Shown here in pieces: positions 59,519 through 64,000 of a stretch of 64,000 nt of DNA. Under the pieces are notes generated by a model that searched no databases, was not told where the DNA came from, and was given only the letters and a program-made list of their open reading frames with translations. The stretch comes from Takakia lepidozioides. Its lineage: Eukaryota > Plantae > Bryophyta. The DNA lies in NCBI GenBank assembly GCA_030704615.1, contig CM060731.1:30380001-30444000 (forward strand), in the 5' to 3' direction. Positions within the stretch are counted from its first letter, which is position 1; each line of letters opens with the position of its first letter. A program made the translations under genes and the position numbers.

Positions 59519-61232
59519 CAGTGTTGTGAGGGTAGTAGCATTTTAAGGAACCTGCCGGGGTTCGGGTTTTCTTTTGGAACCAAGTCCGGGTCTGGATCCG
59601 GGTTTTTGAAATTTGGAAAATCCGGGTTCGGGTCCGGGTTTTCAAACATGGACTTGGGTCCGGGTTGGGAAATATTAGCGGGTTCACGGGTCAGCGAGTT
59701 AATTGATTAAATAAATTAAACAATAAAATTAATTAGAGATAAATTATTTTTGGCTTGAAAAAAGACTAAATCTTAATAGCGAATTTTATTTTAAGACACA
59801 TTCCTTCAAAATATACCATGAATATGTATTGCTCATTTAGCACAAGAATTAAAATAGAATTTGAGTTCATCAGTTCTTAAACATGTTAAAAATAGTAATA
59901 TCCCTCAAGGCTCATAGATTACTATAGCAATGTAGCATGGATGTATGGGAGCTGGCCTAATAATAATGACGCCTCCTTCGGAAGGCGTAAATTATGGTGT
60001 CACTTGACCCCGAAGGACACAACTTTGTGACACCAATCCGTGGATTGAACCAGTGTTGTGCGGGGTCCGGGTTTTGAAGGCGGTACCCGGCAGGTTAGGA
60101 TCTGGGTTTACCGGACCCGTGCTATCACAAAAAACCCGGACCCTAACCCGGATTCATTTCTAAAATGAACCTGGACCCGGACCGCCTGGGTCCAGAACCC
60201 GTTAAACCCGCTACCCGTGGGTCAATGTAGCGGGTCAGGGGTCCGGGTCTTAAATTTAGATGGGGCATAGGGGGTCCACCTTAGATTTGGTAGGTTTTGT
60301 CATATGTGTGGAGGGGACGAGCAGTAATAAGCAGCAGCCAGCCCCACCACGTTGTAGCCCACTGGTAATGCCCACATACCACCTCAAAAGCGGTTGTGGG
60401 TTCAATCCCCGGAGTGGTGTCACAAAGTTGTGCCCTCTGGCACCATAATTTACACCTCCCAAAATATTATTATTATGCCGGATCCCACACATCCGTGCTA
60501 TAGTGATCTACCCTTGAGGCATATTACTATTCTTAACATGTTTAAAGAATTGATATTGAAAAATAGAAAATGGAACTTAAACTTAATTTAATTCTTATTC
60601 ATGGTATACATATTCATATTCATGGTATATTTTGAAGGAATGTCTCTTAAAATAAAATTCATTATTAGGATTTAAAGTTTTTTCCAGCCAAAAATAAATT
60701 TATCCCTAATTAATCTTAATTTTCTAATTTATTTAATCAATAAATTAGGACCCAGATCCGAACCCGTGAACCCGCTAATATTTCCCAACAACTACCCGGA
60801 CCCTAACCCGAGTCCGTGTTGACAAACCTGGACCCGAACCCGGACCCGGATTTTCCAAATTTCAAAAACCCGGATCCGAACCCAGACTTGGCTCCCGAAA
60901 AAAACCCGCACCCGGACCCGGCGGGTTCCTTGAAAAGCCAGAACCCGCACAACACTGGATTGAACCCACAACTACTTTTGAGGTGGTATGTGGCCATTAC
61001 CACTAGGCTAACAATTTGGTTGCCCAGATGGTCTAACTTGAGTGATGGATTGGCTCGCAGGAAGCTGGTTCTAGACCTAGCAGGCGGGTCCGGTCCGGTT
61101 CATTGCTAGGTCCAGGTCGGGTTCATTTTAGAAATGAACGGGTCAGGGTCCGAGTTTTGGTGATAGCACGGGTGCGGGCCCGGGTTACCCCGCCAGGTAC
61201 CCAAGGTCAAAACCCGGACGCTCAAAACACTG
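59519..61232. mobile_element. hAT-type MITE (outer)
   Basis: Ends CAGTGTTG.../...AAACACTG; 8-bp TSD GTAATAAC (59511-59518, 61233-61240); subterminal CCGGGT/ACCCGG motifs. Confidence 0.9.
60051..60957. mobile_element. hAT-type MITE (inner; same family, opposite orientation)
   Basis: TIRs CAGTGTTGTGCGGG / CCCGCACAACACTG; 8-bp TSD GATTGAAC (60043-60050, 60958-60965). Confidence 0.92.
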
Positions 61233-61749
61233 GTAATAACCAGCCACGAGTATGAACAGTGCCGATTACACTCTCTATAATGCACACCTCCGACATTTTC
61301 TTATCTTTTACTTCCAAGATCTTTTCCTTCACTAGTCCCATTTCTTTTTATCATAAAAAGAAACAATGAAAAGAAAAAGAAATAATCCCTTTTCTTTACG
61401 CAAATGACCTCGTGTCGGGCGCCCCTTGAATTTTATGCCTAGGGTTGAGGGCGGCCTTGAATTTTATGCCCTAGGACCTTGGGCGCCCGGCTTAAAATTC
61501 AAGGAGCACCCTCCTCCCCAGGGGGTTTGTATCCTTGTGAGCACAACGTGTGCATGCTCACGTGAGCACAACCCACGGTCATGGGAGTTTTATGTTTTTA
61601 AGCCTCGGTCATAGGAGTTATATGTTTTCAAAACAGAATAAAACCATAAGTGGGTATAGAAGACTGATGCATTTGTAGAGTACATTTGCGCCAATTCAGC
61701 GAGGCGAGACCTTCAGTAGTGTAGCCAAAAACCCTAAACCTGTAGTGGC

Positions 61750-61935
61750 GGCAGTGAATTTCGCCCTAAGAAATACTTGGTGATTTGGGCACAAACTAAG
61801 CAGCGGTGAATTTCGCACTGAGAAATACTTTGTGATATGGGCACAAACCAGGCAACGGTGAATCTCGCACTGAGAAATACTTGGTGATATGGGCACAAAC
61901 TAAGCAAGCGGTGGGTTTTGCATTGAGAAATCCCA
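61750..61935. repeat. ~52-bp tandem repeat, 3-4 copies
   Basis: gcggtgaatttcgcactgagaaatacttggtgatatgggcacaaactaag is repeated. Confidence 0.8.
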
Positions 61936-63294
61936 TCACCCAAAAATTCTACATCCAAAAGGAATGGGTGGGGGCTTGAAAAATGACCTATCATCCTTTT
62001 AGCCACAATGTGATTGCTTCTCAAGCGGAATTTCGCAGTGCAAAATTATCCATAGGAGTTTTTTTTTTTTTTTAATTTATTTTAAGCAAGGGAAAGGACC
62101 TTATAGTTGAGATGAAGCCTCACCGCCTACTCTCCCGCATCTTATGGAGAAAAAGCCACGCCTATAGGGTAACATGTTCATCAGGTATAAGGGCTACTTG
62201 TTCTCTATGTGTTAGTTTTGCATAATTGTTAATTTCGTCAATTTCATTTCGATGTGAAAATTTCCCGGGAATTTGGGGAATATGACCTTGTGCTCACGTG
62301 AGCATGCTCACTCGCTACCCAACCTCCTCCCATGGGGCCTTCCTCTATACCTAACCCTATCCTGGGGTTTATCGTAAGACTTGGCCTCATCTGCTCAACC
62401 AATATAGCACACATGCAATTCTAGCGACGACCGAAGGTCGGAAGCTAGTTTAGCGTAGAGCAGGAATAGGGTGCTATAGTGCCACGTCATCGTAGACACG
62501 TCATCGTCGTTGTCAATATCTTTGGAATCTGCCCGGACGGCCCGCGCGAAAAACCCCAAAGCGCCAAGTTGTTTTGGAATTGCCCGGACTGCCCGATTCT
62601 TAGAGTTCTTGAACTGCAGGAGCTCTGCGTTTTCCGCCATCGTGCACCTTGCAAGCTCTCAATAGTCTCGCTGCTCAATGCAAACCGTGGTCTCTCCCTC
62701 ATTCGATCAGCTTCGGTTTTCGTGCGAAGGCTCCGCAGATCACATCATTTTACTTGCTTAGGCTTGTGAACGTGTTTTGGTCGTGACAGCCACATCATCA
62801 ATCATGATGGTAAGGTTGTTTGCTTTTGGGCCCTTTTCCAAGCATTGAATAGAAAGTTTGGGGTAAGGAATCAACAAGAAGTGATACAAAGTATGCTGAT
62901 GAGCATAACAATGTTTTTCAGTTGGTGATATCTGAACTTTTCAGAACCGCATAAGCAAGTTAGGATGGCATATGTGAAGATGTTCTGCATCACACAAGGT
63001 TTCACTATTATTGATCTAGGTCTGGTGGTCAAACATTGGGTTGTGCACTCAGGTGTGTGCTCTGCAATGGAACCGGCATCAAAAGGAGATACTGAGCAGC
63101 CATAGGTTCAGCCAGAATCAACTGTGCTTGCGGAAGTATCCATCTATGGCCAAAATTGCTGAACTCACTGGTCACACTACCCGTGTTCTCCATCTTGCCC
63201 AATAACCGGTTTTAGTACAAGTATGTACTCGATTTGTGAATTTTTCTTTGAAATCTGGCTCTGCCTCTCAATAGATTTTCTTTGTGTTGTACAG

Positions 63295-63785
63295 ATTTTG
63301 CAGATGAGTTGAAGAAGGCACGCCAGTTTGGAAGTCTAACTGCATTTGGACGCGGCTTGCCCAGAGGGGGTGAAGTATCAGCTGTAAAATCCCTTGAGAG
63401 ACAGGAGGGGATTCTTCGATCCCTAGCCTGACATGACCCTCTGGTATGCTTTTTCATTACATCTGAATTTGGTTGCTACAACAGGAAAGTTTGTTTCAAT
63501 GTTAAATGAGAGCACCAACCTTCAGAAGTGGTAAATAATTAAAGAGGGCTGCATACTGGATGGCCGGGCTTGCAGGTGAGCACACGATGTCTTCAGAAAG
63601 TAAGCAAGGGGCATCAGGCTGGGCATGGTGTGGGTCCAGCGAGTTGGAGAGCTGCACAAGGCTGAGGTGGCAACGAAGTGGGGGTGCACTGTGCGTGATG
63701 TTGATGCCGTACTGGCAAAGTACGAGTGGGCAAAGGAAGCAAACAGGCGTGTGATGAAGCTTAAGGAGGAAGGCAAGCCGCTTAG
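63295..63785 (+). pseudogene. Exons of a plant SRP54-M-domain-like / SEC-C-type protein gene, with an in-frame stop
   Basis: FADELKKARQFGSL...SLERQEGILRSLA*HDP and AEVATKWGCTVRDVDAVLAKYEWAKEANRRVMKLKEEGKPL resemble, from recall, a conserved plant family. TGA at 63429-63431. The 5' exon probably lies near 62600-62800. Confidence 0.55.
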
Positions 63786-64000
63786 CTCTTGTATGTTTTT
63801 GTTATGCTCTGGCAGCTGCATTCTCTTCTCAAAATCTCTCCTCCCGCCATCTCACCAAATGGTTTTCCATTGTTTGCCTGTTTCCTACCATCTTTTAATA
63901 CCTTGAATGATGAAATATATTTGTCCCTATACCTTGAATATAAGGTGGCCATAGCTAGGAGATGAAGGGTCTGGCCTGAGGTTGACACCATGGATTTGTT

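Noticed and set aside
60816-61109. DP-repeat protein ORF
   Set aside because: It is an artefact of ACCCGG subterminal repeats in the hAT MITE.

Overview
This is eukaryotic nuclear DNA from a land plant (GT-AG introns, PLS-type PPR, LRR receptor kinase). The gene and transposon mix suggests a seed-free plant, but that is inference and I cannot name the species. The window is rich in transposable elements. The main find is a degenerate ~11 kb Ty3/Gypsy LTR retrotransposon (5751-16758) whose polyprotein reads gag-CCHC-protease-[DNMT3-like C5 cytosine methyltransferase, motifs I-X]-RT-RNase H-integrase-[PHD finger]: a retroelement carrying its own DNA-methylation writer and a histone reader. Other mobile DNA: a related LTR copy (30886-33464), a 962-bp solo LTR, a LINE with RNase H plus a restriction-like endonuclease tail and a tetraloop-rich 3' end, other LINE fragments, a pogo/Tigger-type transposase, three hAT MITEs with 8-bp TSDs (two nested head-to-head), two tRNA-derived SINEs, a TTAA-flanked piggyBac-like MITE and a ~110-bp satellite. 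Host genes: a 7-exon dienelactone hydrolase-family gene, a multi-exon LRR receptor-like kinase, an unidentified multi-exon gene, OSB-motif and PPR pseudogene pieces, an ABCG fragment, and part of an SRP-M/SEC-C-like gene. Exon and element boundaries were read by eye and are approximate unless a TSD is given.
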